Part shown: one piece after another, positions 28,104 to 37,807 of the stretch | Numbering within the stretch: the stretch's first letter is position 1 | How the letters are laid out: every line of letters begins with the position of its first letter | The notes under the pieces: generated by a model | The model's database searches: none | Told to the model about the DNA's origin: nothing | What the model saw: the letters and a program-made list of their open reading frames with translations, nothing else | DNA from: Lachnospiraceae bacterium UBA7060 | Lineage (GTDB): Bacteria > Bacillota > Clostridia > Lachnospirales > Lachnospiraceae | NCBI GenBank assembly: GCA_002493835.1 | Contig: DLAA01000017.1 | Coordinates: 375-64,374 of the forward strand | Direction of reading: 5' to 3' | Length of the DNA stretch: 64,000 nucleotides | Made by a program: the position numbers and the translations under genes

Positions 28104-29411
28104 ATGAAAATCAAACAAAGCTTTGGAGAATGGCTTCCGCAGAACCGCAGGCTTGTTGCTGACTGGGTAAATAAACTGATTGAAGATTCCACCCAGAACA
28201 TGAAACTAAGAACCGCAGCCGATGGATCAGGCGCTGAACAGGATTTTGTACATAAAGAAGTCGCTGAATTTAAGCAGTCTGTGGTAGAAGATCCTGTACT
28301 GCGTCTTCTGGCCGAGCAGATGATTGAACAGGGCTATGCATATGACCCGCAGGACCCGACCGGAAAACCACAAATTCACGACCTGGATACTCTATTTCAT
28401 GTAATAGATGCCATTATGGATATTGCACCTGAATATATGCAGCCTGATGCCCAGGGCAGGGGATTAATTGGTTTTCCTATTAATGCTGTACTGGATTGGT
28501 GCATGGGAACGCAGGCTGGCTATGCATTTTTCCTGCATGAAAAAGTAAATTCATGTCTAAACAAAATATTAAGCAAATGGTGCGAATTTTTAAACAGCCC
28601 TGCATCAGCCTACGTATTAAATACCAATAAAACTGGCTGGTTATGCCCTGAAGCGGTAGAAGAGCTTGCGCTTGATGAATACATAATAGATAAAGAAGAT
28701 GAACATTATGGTTTCAAATCGTGGAATGATTTTTTTACCAGACGGTTTAAACCTGGTATGCGAAAGATAGATTCGCCAGACGATCCCTATGTGATTGTCA
28801 ATGCCTGCGAGTCCGCGGCATACCGCATTGCAGACCATGTAAAGGCAGATACAAAATTCTGGCTGAAAGAGCAGCCGTATTCCCTCGAATATATGCTGGA
28901 CCACCATGAATTCACGCAGCGTTTTGTGGGCGGCACGGTATATCAAGCATTCCTGAGTGCTACGCATTACCACTGCTGGCATGCTCCGGTTAATGGAACG
29001 ATTGCCAGTGTAAAATTAATCCCAGGTACTTATTATGCGGAGATTAATGAATTCCCATATGATGACGCCGGTCCCAATGACTCCCAGGCATATATTACCC
29101 ATGTGGCGGCCAGAGCCATTATTATGATCGAGGCAGATAATAAAGACATTGGAATGGTATGCTTTATGCCTGTTGGTATGAGTGAAGTATCTTCCTGTGA
29201 TGTAGCAGTAAAAACTGGGTGCAAGGTTAAAAAAGGAGACTTTTTAGGCAGGTTCCTGTTTGGCGGATCTACCCACTGCCTGATTTTTGAACCGGGTGTG
29301 ATTAAAAAGTTTGCAAGTGACGCTATTCCAGCACCTGATTTCAACAATTCAACCATACAGAAGCTAGGAAGCCGGTTGGCAGTTGCAAACAAAAAGAATA
29401 AAAATTCATAA
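28104..29411 (+). CDS. Phosphatidylserine-decarboxylase-fold pyruvoyl enzyme with PSDC/PsiD-like N-domain
   Basis: GLIGFPINAVLDW...WCEFLNSPAS (PSDC domain), SWNDFFTR, YHCWHAPV and FGGSTH self-cleavage site. Confidence 0.85.
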   Translation: MKIKQSFGEWLPQNRRLVADWVNKLIEDSTQNMKLRTAADGSGAEQDFVHKEVAEFKQSVVEDPVLRLLAEQMIEQGYAYDPQDPTGKPQIHDLDTLFHVIDAIMDIAPEYMQPDAQGRGLIGFPINAVLDWCMGTQAGYAFFLHEKVNSCLNKILSKWCEFLNSPASAYVLNTNKTGWLCPEAVEELALDEYIIDKEDEHYGFKSWNDFFTRRFKPGMRKIDSPDDPYVIVNACESAAYRIADHVKADTKFWLKEQPYSLEYMLDHHEFTQRFVGGTVYQAFLSATHYHCWHAPVNGTIASVKLIPGTYYAEINEFPYDDAGPNDSQAYITHVAARAIIMIEADNKDIGMVCFMPVGMSEVSSCDVAVKTGCKVKKGDFLGRFLFGGSTHCLIFEPGVIKKFASDAIPAPDFNNSTIQKLGSRLAVANKKNKNS

Positions 29412-29430
29412 TCTCCTGAAAGAGGTAAAT

Positions 29431-30846
29431 ATGTGTACAAGTATCGCATGCGGGAAAAACGCATCAAAAAACAATGTGGTAATAATTGCCAGAAATGAAG
29501 ATTATCCAATAAACAACTGGAATAAACACATGAAATTTCACAAAACCCCGCCATATACGAAAATACAGAAGCAATGGCTCCTCGGTAACGGCCTGACAGT
29601 CGAAACACCTGAAAACGCCTTTTCCTATTGTTCCATGCCGGACGCGGATGAGGAAGCCTGCGGAATTGGCGGCAATTATTTGTTTGAAGCAAGGGGAATC
29701 AATGAAAAAGATGTTGCAGTCACTGCAACAAATTCGCTGCAGACAAATGATATGGCAAAGAAAGCCGACCTGTTTGTCCTCTCCCCCGGCATAGAAGAAT
29801 CTGTCATTGCCACACTTTTGCTTCCGCAGGCCAAAAGCGCCAGGCATGCTGTCCGGTTATTGGGGGAATATGTAACAAAATATGGTGCTGCTGAAGCCAA
29901 TGGTGTCCTTATGGCTGATGAAAATGAAGTATGGTATATGGAAATCGGCTCGGCTCGGCACTGGATTGCAGTGAAGATTCCGGATGATAGATATCTGGCA
30001 GTTGCAAACAGCATGAGGATTCATGGCGTAGACTTGACAGATCAGAACCACGTTTTATCCTCTGAAGGTTTGTATGATTTTGTGATAGAGCATAAACTGC
30101 TTGAAAATCCAAATCGAACAGAGTTTGATTTTGCTGCAGCATTTGGACAGCCAGGGAAATCCGAATCCGGTGAAATCGATCCCTATTACAATATAGACCG
30201 TATATGGCTCGCACAAAGCATCCTTTCGCCGTCACTTAAACCAGAAATACGGCAGAAGGAACCTTATGAACTGTTTATGAAGCCGGATCAGCCTGTTACA
30301 CCTGCACGCATCATGGAAGTGCTCCGCAGTACTTTTAAAGGGACTCCGCTAGAGCATGAACCTGATGCTGCCCGCCCGATCGGTGTAGTACGCACCCTGC
30401 AAAGCCATATTATGACATTAGACAGCCGGCTCCCAGACGGGCTCAAGGGCGTTATCTGGCAAGCTATGGGAAGTCCATTATGCAGTGTTTATGTACCGTT
30501 TTATGCATTGGCAGATGAAATTCCCGAAACATATTCATGCGGCAGCTCTGATTCTTTCTCACCAGACAGTATATGGTGGATATGGAGAGGTCTGTTTGCC
30601 CTTGCCAGCCAGATGGACGCACTGGATAATCTTTTAGATTACTGCAGAACCTGGGAAGAGTATTTTATCAAGTCTCACGAGACTATGAATGAAATTCTGG
30701 AACAGTGTTCCTCCGTTGATATTTCAGATGCACAATTGATGGCAAAAGCTTACAGTAAAAGCAGCCTGTCCTTGATGGCTGATGGTGCTGTGAAGAAATA
30801 CCAGTCCTTAATGGCTGTGCTAACAGCGGCACAAAAAGATAAATAG
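29431..30846 (+). CDS. C69-family dipeptidase/aminopeptidase (Ntn hydrolase)
   Basis: Starts Met-Cys-Thr (N-terminal nucleophile) after RBS GAAAGAGG; IIARNED, GINE, GAAEANG, HWIAVKIPDD. Confidence 0.9.
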   Translation: MCTSIACGKNASKNNVVIIARNEDYPINNWNKHMKFHKTPPYTKIQKQWLLGNGLTVETPENAFSYCSMPDADEEACGIGGNYLFEARGINEKDVAVTATNSLQTNDMAKKADLFVLSPGIEESVIATLLLPQAKSARHAVRLLGEYVTKYGAAEANGVLMADENEVWYMEIGSARHWIAVKIPDDRYLAVANSMRIHGVDLTDQNHVLSSEGLYDFVIEHKLLENPNRTEFDFAAAFGQPGKSESGEIDPYYNIDRIWLAQSILSPSLKPEIRQKEPYELFMKPDQPVTPARIMEVLRSTFKGTPLEHEPDAARPIGVVRTLQSHIMTLDSRLPDGLKGVIWQAMGSPLCSVYVPFYALADEIPETYSCGSSDSFSPDSIWWIWRGLFALASQMDALDNLLDYCRTWEEYFIKSHETMNEILEQCSSVDISDAQLMAKAYSKSSLSLMADGAVKKYQSLMAVLTAAQKDK

Positions 30847-31081
30847 CAATAATGACCACTGCTTTTGCTGCCATCTGCATGTTATTTTCCTTCTCCTTTC
30901 CTCGTCCATGCTCGACTCCGTGGAATACGGTCCTCTTCTCATGCTCTATAGTTTTTTCCCTTGCATGTGTGTATGATTATGTATATAATTGTTGAAGCAA
31001 ATAATAGGATTAGGAACACTTCATTTTGAAGAGATAACGGTGATTAAGCAAGGAAAAGTGAGTAAGGCAGGATGGGAAGGT

Positions 31082-32845
31082 ATGTTGGAAAAAAGGGACA
31101 GGATATTAGAATTAATAACTATATTTATGCAGAAAATTGTGCATTTTCTGTTTGGACTGATCATATCAGCATTGCTGGTATTAAGTGGGTTTTCTACATG
31201 TGTGGTCTTGTATAATAATGGCGGTGAACATGTTGTATATATTGGAGACAACATGGCATGGAATTTGATATTTGGAATTGGTGTTCTGTTAGCGATAGTG
31301 GCAGCCAAACTTTTGTATGACAGGTTTTCAAGCAGTAAAATGTGCGTGTATGCAAGGAAGATAGTAACATACAGAAATATCAGACGATTAGGGCTGTTTG
31401 TTTTATTTTTGGCAGGTTTCCTGTTGGTATATTATACAAGACTGGATGCCAAGGTTGACCAGTATTATATCATGGATGCGGCACATGCTCTCAGAATTGG
31501 CGATTATAATCCGTTTCTGACAGATGGGAATGTCGGTTATGTGGCCAGATATCCGCATCAGGCGGGAATTGTAGTATTTTTATATTTTTTGGGAGAAATC
31601 ATTGGTGATTACAACTATGTGGGTTTCCAGCTAATTAATGTAATTGCTTTGGCAGGGATATATAAGACAATGCTGGACATTGCAAAATTATGGGGAATTG
31701 GACATAGGCGCAGCATACTGCTTCTGTTTTTGGAAATGGCATTTATTCCACTGGTTATGTATACAACATTCGTATATGGTACTTTGATTGGTTTGGCTTT
31801 ATCTTTGGCAGCTATAAAAAATGAACTTAAATTTTTTTTGGAGAAAAAGTACAGGTTTGCGGTAGCAGCGGCAATAGAGATTTCATTGGCTGTTGTTATC
31901 AAAAATAATTACCTAATATTTATGCTGGGGATGCTTTTGGCAGCTATGGTGGAGGCATTCAGGAAAAAAGATACTGATTTTTTGATTGCTCTTGCATTTA
32001 TAGTGATAGCTTGTGAATCAGTTCCCAAACTGCCGGCGAAGTTTATTGAGAATAAGACGGGAGTGGAGCTTTCGGAGGGGATATCTTCCATCGCATGGGT
32101 AGCCATGGGACTGCAGGAAAATGATGAAAGGGCAAATGGCTGGTATAATAATTTTTTATTAAGTTCGTATTTTGGTGCGGGAAGAGATAGTTCGAAACAG
32201 TCAATAGCAGCTATGCGGGAGATTGTGAGCCGCTTTGGATATTTTAGCGAGCATAAGCTTGAGGCAGTAGATTTTTTTGCGAAAAAAACTGCTTCTGAAT
32301 GGAATGATCCCACTTTTCAGGGACATTGGATTTTACAGTATAGGAATAGTGAATTGGGAGAAAACAGATTTGCTGCATGGCTTACCAGTGTGCCAGTACT
32401 TGATATTATGTTAAAATTTACTAATAGGATTCATTTTATTATTTTGCTTGGCGCTTTCTTGAGTCTGTTATTTGGGGACAAAAAATGGCTTGACCATTCG
32501 ATTGTTTTTGAGATTATATTCATTGGAGGCTTTATATTTCACTTTTTCTGGGAGGCAAAAGGTCAGTATACACTGCCATATTTTGTTTTACTGTTACCCT
32601 TTGCAGCGCAGGGAGTGGCATCAGTGTGTAATTTATGTGTAGGGCACGAGCCTTTGAAAGAAAAGATTTCATGGAAAATGCTTATACCCATTGCAGTTGT
32701 TATGGCTGTAGCACTCCTTAGCTCAAGCAATGAATATTTGCAGACAATGTTTCGCCAGGATATGGATACACAGGAGTATGAATGGTATTTGAATGGTGAA
32801 TACAGTGCTTGGATGCTTTTGGGAGAAAAGACGTGGAATATTTGA
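31082..32845 (+). CDS. Polytopic membrane protein, probable GT-C (PMT-like) glycosyltransferase
   Basis: More than 10 TM segments; VDQ, YVARYPHQ, FVYG, IKNNY, WVAMGLQ, FHFFWEAKGQY. The start position is approximate. Confidence 0.65.
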   Translation: MLEKRDRILELITIFMQKIVHFLFGLIISALLVLSGFSTCVVLYNNGGEHVVYIGDNMAWNLIFGIGVLLAIVAAKLLYDRFSSSKMCVYARKIVTYRNIRRLGLFVLFLAGFLLVYYTRLDAKVDQYYIMDAAHALRIGDYNPFLTDGNVGYVARYPHQAGIVVFLYFLGEIIGDYNYVGFQLINVIALAGIYKTMLDIAKLWGIGHRRSILLLFLEMAFIPLVMYTTFVYGTLIGLALSLAAIKNELKFFLEKKYRFAVAAAIEISLAVVIKNNYLIFMLGMLLAAMVEAFRKKDTDFLIALAFIVIACESVPKLPAKFIENKTGVELSEGISSIAWVAMGLQENDERANGWYNNFLLSSYFGAGRDSSKQSIAAMREIVSRFGYFSEHKLEAVDFFAKKTASEWNDPTFQGHWILQYRNSELGENRFAAWLTSVPVLDIMLKFTNRIHFIILLGAFLSLLFGDKKWLDHSIVFEIIFIGGFIFHFFWEAKGQYTLPYFVLLLPFAAQGVASVCNLCVGHEPLKEKISWKMLIPIAVVMAVALLSSSNEYLQTMFRQDMDTQEYEWYLNGEYSAWMLLGEKTWNI

Positions 32846-32934
32846 CAGCTACAGAGAAAATGGCAGATGCAATACACGGTGTTTATGAAATTATGGAAAA
32901 GAAGCTCGCAGGAGGCTGATCCTGTGACGATTTT

Positions 32935-32990
32935 ATCAGAAGCTCTTATTGGTGTAATTTTAACATTACATTAATAAGAGCTTTTTTGAT
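32935..32990 (+). terminator. Rho-independent terminator
   Basis: AAGCTCTTATT-GGTGTAAT...ATTACATT-AATAAGAGCTT long stem followed by a T-run. Confidence 0.8.
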
Positions 32991-33112
32991 TGCAGCCGGG
33001 ATTCACAGAAGACGTCAGAATTGCAAAATATGCCGTTAAGGTTGCAAAAGATTAATCCTTAAAGGAAAGAATAGTATGGTATGATCAAAAACAAGAGAGG
33101 GAGGCAGACAAA

Positions 33113-33997
33113 ATGGCAATAAAGTGGATTGTAACGGATATGGACGGCACCTTGTTAGACGGAAAAGACAGGATCTCAGAGGAAACGCTTTCCTATTTGA
33201 CTGCTTGTCAGAAAAAGGGGGTTCGTCTGGTTTTGGCCAGCGGACGAAGCTTTGTGCGTTTGATGCCCTATGTAAAAGAACTGCAGATGGAGAAATATAA
33301 TGGCATTTTAATAGAAATTAACGGCTTGGCGCTGAATCGCCTGGGCACAGGAGAACGGACGGTTTTTGCCCAGCTGGAAGAAGAAGATATCAAAGATTTG
33401 TATGCTTTTCTGGTTGAACAGAATACGGAGATACAGGGATATGAGGACGATACGGTTTATTACCGGATACCCGAGTGGCAGCGTGCACTTAAGATTCAGG
33501 AAAGAGTAGAACGCGGGTATCAGGAAAATCACCCTCTGATTGGGAGCGCGTGGTCCTGGGTGATTTCGAATGATTTTTCCCATAACTATCCGCATTTGAT
33601 TGAAATATCTTCTTTGGAGGAGCTTCCTAAAAGATTAAATAAGATAAATTGTGATGATACACCCGAGCATATTGAGCAGATCTTTTCCCGTATGCTGGAG
33701 CGGTTTTCGGGAAAGTATGAAATGGTAAGAACTTGTCCCAGGCTGATTGAGACCGCGCCAGGAGGTATTACCAAGGGAAAGACGCTCGAAAGACTTATGC
33801 AGGAGGAAAAGATTGACAGGGATGAGATTCTGGTATTCGGGGATGGTGAGAATGATGTGGAAATGTTTCGGCAGGCGGTTCACAGCATTGCTATGGGAAA
33901 TGCGGCCGATTATGTGAAAGAACAGGCATCGGAAGTGACGGATTCGAACAATGAGGAAGGGGTTTTAAAAGTACTGAAAAAATACCGGGTATTGTAG
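33113..33997 (+). CDS. Cof-type HAD-IIB hydrolase
   Basis: TDMDGTLL, LASGR, TKG, FGDGENDVEM, AMGNA. Confidence 0.92.
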   Translation: MAIKWIVTDMDGTLLDGKDRISEETLSYLTACQKKGVRLVLASGRSFVRLMPYVKELQMEKYNGILIEINGLALNRLGTGERTVFAQLEEEDIKDLYAFLVEQNTEIQGYEDDTVYYRIPEWQRALKIQERVERGYQENHPLIGSAWSWVISNDFSHNYPHLIEISSLEELPKRLNKINCDDTPEHIEQIFSRMLERFSGKYEMVRTCPRLIETAPGGITKGKTLERLMQEEKIDRDEILVFGDGENDVEMFRQAVHSIAMGNAADYVKEQASEVTDSNNEEGVLKVLKKYRVL

Positions 33998-34026
33998 CAG
34001 CCGGTAAATGGATAAGGAGGCTGACT

Positions 34027-35937
34027 GTGAAGGAAGTATTAAAGGCAAGGCAGGCAGATATGCTGAAATATCTCATTAGAGCCGGTACTCCGTTGGATTT
34101 GGACTTTTTTAAGGAGAAATTTGAGAAGCAGGATCGGACGATAAGGTATGACCTGGGTGAGCTGAAAGAGATTTGTGCCCGCCATGGGATTGAGATCTGT
34201 TATCAGACGAAGCAGGGATATTACATCCCTGCCACGCAAAAATCGAAGGCTTCCAGTTTTTGGGTTCAATGCGAAGTTCCGGCCAGAATCGGATTGGGGG
34301 ACAGCACCGAGGAAGAGCGGTTTGAAAGTCTGTTTTTATATTTGTTTGTGCAGACGGGCTATGTGACATCCGAGAAAATGGCGACCACCTATTATTTTTC
34401 ACGGTCCACGCTTTCACGGGTTTTGGGGAAGATGGAGTCCTGGTTTGAACATGCTTTTTCATTGGAAGTCAGAAAAGCTTCCGGATACCGTCTGAAGGGC
34501 GAGGAGATGACATTGCGCCGGCTGGCAGCCAAAATTCTTGCGGACAGGTTCCGCGGAAGCTATACGGTGGAGGACTGGTTCATGCTTTTGCCGCCGGAAT
34601 TCAAAGGGAAGCTTAAACTTCAGGATGTGTCGGAGATCAGCCAGAATATCCGGAGATTAAACAGCAAGTATAATGTCTGGATTTCCAATGCTTCTTACCT
34701 GAATCTGCTCTGTTACTGTATGGTGAGACGCCTTCGTATGAGAAGGGGATATGTGATAGAAGAACCGCCGGAGCAAGGCGAAGATTCAGGAGATTACAAT
34801 GATGAGTTTCTGCGGGAACTGTTTGGTTCGGAAGAGAGCGCTACCAAAGGAGAGCTGGGAGCATTTTCACAGATACTGCGGGAAAACGGTGTGTATATTC
34901 AGAAGGGCTGTGTGGAGGAGGCAAAGCTGGATGCGACAATACGAGAGATCCTTGTCTATATCGAGGAGAAGGTAGGTAAGGACAGATTCCATTTGGAATC
35001 CCTGTATCAGGATTTATTCGATCATCTGCGGAATTTTTTATACCTGAGTGCGAATGGAAAACTTGAGGAAGAAAATCCTTATGTTCTTGAGGAAGTAAGG
35101 GAGCATTATTATTCCTATTATCAACTGGCGGTAGAATGCGGTGAGATCATCCAAAAGGAAATGGAAATGCCTTTTCATGAACTTGAGGTATGTTACCTGG
35201 CGGTATATCTGTACAAAAACAGTATTCAAACGGAGATGGCAGGGAAAAATGTACTGGTGGTATGTGCTACAGGAAAAGGGTTGTCTCATCTTCTGGCCAT
35301 GCGTATTAAAAACGTGTTTCCCATGTTGAATGTGATCGGGCAGGTTTCTCCTTGGCAGTTAAATAAGGTGAGTGATCTGAAGAATGTGGATTTTGTGATA
35401 TCTACGATACCTCTGGAGAACAGGCTTGTGCCGGTGATTAAAATTTCCCGCATTCTTTCGGAGGAGGATATCAAAAGAATTCAGGATTTTCTTAGATATG
35501 GCAATCTGGTGGATGAAATTCCCATGAGCCAACAGAATAAGGCTTCTTTTGGAGCAAAAGAAGATCCGTTCTTTTTGGGAGAAGACTCCTTTGTGGATGG
35601 GAACGGTCTAGTGGAAGCGGCGTCTATCCTGAGCAGATTGATTTTGACCCTGCTTGAGTATACTGCCAAGTTTCCACCAAAATACAAACTCAACAGGGAT
35701 GCCATGCTCGGGATGGTGATTCACATGAGTATGGCGATTCCCCGCTGGTTTGAGGAGAGCAGACAGGCGGAGGTAAGCGAAGATTTTGAGAGGGAATATC
35801 AGAGAATCAGAAAGCAGGATCCCGATATCTTCGCACTTATGGAAAAATTCTTTAATTTGGTAGAAAAGACACTGCGGGTCCGGATTTCCGTACCGGAACG
35901 GGTCGCATTCTTTTTATACATCACGGAGGAGGTATAG
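34027..35937 (+). CDS. PRD-containing transcriptional regulator (MtlR/LicR/BglG-like)
   Basis: N-terminal HTH (RTIRYDL), Mga-like HTH, PRD segments, EIIB-like VVCATGKGLS. Confidence 0.88.
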   Translation: MKEVLKARQADMLKYLIRAGTPLDLDFFKEKFEKQDRTIRYDLGELKEICARHGIEICYQTKQGYYIPATQKSKASSFWVQCEVPARIGLGDSTEEERFESLFLYLFVQTGYVTSEKMATTYYFSRSTLSRVLGKMESWFEHAFSLEVRKASGYRLKGEEMTLRRLAAKILADRFRGSYTVEDWFMLLPPEFKGKLKLQDVSEISQNIRRLNSKYNVWISNASYLNLLCYCMVRRLRMRRGYVIEEPPEQGEDSGDYNDEFLRELFGSEESATKGELGAFSQILRENGVYIQKGCVEEAKLDATIREILVYIEEKVGKDRFHLESLYQDLFDHLRNFLYLSANGKLEEENPYVLEEVREHYYSYYQLAVECGEIIQKEMEMPFHELEVCYLAVYLYKNSIQTEMAGKNVLVVCATGKGLSHLLAMRIKNVFPMLNVIGQVSPWQLNKVSDLKNVDFVISTIPLENRLVPVIKISRILSEEDIKRIQDFLRYGNLVDEIPMSQQNKASFGAKEDPFFLGEDSFVDGNGLVEAASILSRLILTLLEYTAKFPPKYKLNRDAMLGMVIHMSMAIPRWFEESRQAEVSEDFEREYQRIRKQDPDIFALMEKFFNLVEKTLRVRISVPERVAFFLYITEEV

Positions 35938-35941
35938 GGCT

Positions 35942-37069
35942 ATGAGGGAACTTGTAATCAAGGGCGGGCTGTTGGTATCCCCAGCAAACGGCTATCGCCG
36001 CACCAAAAAGGACATTTTGGTAAAAAACGGAAGGATTGCGGCGGTGGAAGATGAGATTCACGCAGAGGGGGAAGTGGTAGACGCTTCCGGCTGTCTGGTG
36101 ACACCGGGATTTATCGATATCCATACGCACTGTTATCCAAAAGCATTTCTAGGTCTTGAGCCGGATGTGCTGGGACTCGAGAGAGGGGCCACCACCATTT
36201 TGGATGCCGGCAGCAGCGGAGCGGACACCTACGAGGATTTTCGGGAAAACTATATCAGGAAGAGCCGTACCAAGGTGTTTGCGCTGTTAAATGTGTCCAG
36301 GGAAGGGCTGCTTCGAGGACATGAGCTGGACAGCATGGAGAAGCTTGATGAGACAGCATTAAAGGAAGTCCTGGAAAAATATCCGGAAGAGATCGTTGGC
36401 TTGAAGGCCAGAGCCAGTGCCAGCGTGGTTGGTGAAATGGGGCTTAAGCCCATTGCGGAGGCGGCGAGGATTGCCGGGGATACGGGGAAACCACTTATGG
36501 TTCACGTAGGGAATTATCCGCCGGCGCTTACGGAGGTGCTTAAACTTCTCGGCAAGGGAGATATTGTGACACACGCTTACCACGGAAAAAAAGGCGGTAT
36601 TTTAACGCCGGAGGAAGAAATCATCAAGGAGGCGCTGGAGGCTAGGGAAAGAGGCGTCCTCTTCGATGTGGGGCACGGCGTGGCGAGTTTTAGTCTGCGG
36701 GTATTTGAAAAGGCTCTAGCCAGGGGATTTGACACGGATTTGATTTCTACAGATCTCCATGTGGAAAACTATGAGGGACCCGTGTACAATCTTGCGGCGG
36801 TAGTGAGCAAAGTGATTGCATGCGGGGAGCCGCTGGAGGAGGCGATTCACAAATGTACCTGTGCGCCTGCCCGGCACTTTGGGCTTGCGGATCTGGGGGA
36901 AATCCGGGAGGGCTATATTGCGGATTTCAATGTGATGGAGCTGGTGTCCTGTAAGGAGACGGTTGAGGACTCCATAGGGGATATGATAGAACTTCAGGAA
37001 AAGCTGGTGTTGAAAAAAAATATTTACAGCAGAGGTGAGGACAGTGAAATATTTGAACAAAATTCTTGA
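35942..37069 (+). CDS. Amidohydrolase/deacetylase-family metallohydrolase (EF_0837-like)
   Basis: PGFIDIHTH, DAGSSG, GLKARAS, MVHVG, THAYHG, DVGHG, ISTD. Confidence 0.88.
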   Translation: MRELVIKGGLLVSPANGYRRTKKDILVKNGRIAAVEDEIHAEGEVVDASGCLVTPGFIDIHTHCYPKAFLGLEPDVLGLERGATTILDAGSSGADTYEDFRENYIRKSRTKVFALLNVSREGLLRGHELDSMEKLDETALKEVLEKYPEEIVGLKARASASVVGEMGLKPIAEAARIAGDTGKPLMVHVGNYPPALTEVLKLLGKGDIVTHAYHGKKGGILTPEEEIIKEALEARERGVLFDVGHGVASFSLRVFEKALARGFDTDLISTDLHVENYEGPVYNLAAVVSKVIACGEPLEEAIHKCTCAPARHFGLADLGEIREGYIADFNVMELVSCKETVEDSIGDMIELQEKLVLKKNIYSRGEDSEIFEQNS

Positions 37070-37409
37070 GATGAATGAGATTGCTCCAGATATGCAAAAG
37101 AGGGCACAGGAGTTGTATCTGGAAGCAAAAAAGCGGGTGGAGAGTCTGCCGCTTACTTTTGGTGAGGATGCCCAGTTAATGCTGAGTAATCACCTGATGG
37201 CGCTGATCAAGCGGATTTTGGAGGGAGCGCTTATTGAACCCATGGAGGAGGAGACGATGAGCGATGAGATATCCAAAAAAGCATGGGAATATGCGGATGT
37301 GATTGCAGGCCCTCTGTTTGAGGCGGCACAGATGGAAAAAGACCGCACGGAACTTTTTTTAGTCGGTACACATGTAGAGATGGCATTGACCGCAGAGGTG
37401 GTCAGCTAA
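37035..37409 (+). CDS. Stand-alone PRD-domain protein (EF_0829-like)
   Basis: MLSNHLMALIKR...ELFLVGTHVE PRD histidines; cassette context. Confidence 0.75.
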   Translation: MRTVKYLNKILEMNEIAPDMQKRAQELYLEAKKRVESLPLTFGEDAQLMLSNHLMALIKRILEGALIEPMEEETMSDEISKKAWEYADVIAGPLFEAAQMEKDRTELFLVGTHVEMALTAEVVS

Positions 37410-37441
37410 TATAAAAATAAAAAAGAAGGAGGAAGAGAAGG

Positions 37442-37807
37442 ATGAAAGAAGTATTAGTGGTAATCGGACATCGTATGGGAAAGGGTCAGGCAGTAGCAAA
37501 AGGTGTGGAGAAAGCAGGAGGAAAAGCAATTGTAATTCCCGGAATGGCTGCAGATATGAAATTGGGAGATGTGATGCATGAGAATAATGCGGATTTGGGA
37601 ATCAGCTTCTGTGGAAGCGGCGGTGCAGGCGCACTCACAGCACAGAACAAATATGGCTATAAGGCAAAGTCATCCCTGCGTTCAGTAGATGCGGCATGTA
37701 CGGCGGTGGAAGAAGGATGCACAGTTGTGGGCCTTGGATTCCTGGATGTAGAGGAACTGGGCGAGCGTTTGGTACAGTCTTTCCGCAAGGTTCATGGAGA
37801 TGAGTAA
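37442..37807 (+). CDS. Glycine-rich SFCGS-family protein (EF_0830-like)
   Basis: RMGKGQ, GMAADMKLGDVM and the ISFCGSGGAGA signature. Confidence 0.9.
   Translation: MKEVLVVIGHRMGKGQAVAKGVEKAGGKAIVIPGMAADMKLGDVMHENNADLGISFCGSGGAGALTAQNKYGYKAKSSLRSVDAACTAVEEGCTVVGLGFLDVEELGERLVQSFRKVHGDE

Noticed and set aside
28104-29411. Housekeeping phosphatidylserine decarboxylase psd
   Set aside because: It has a PSDC/PsiD-type N-domain, no membrane anchor and no pssA neighbour, so no gene symbol was assigned.
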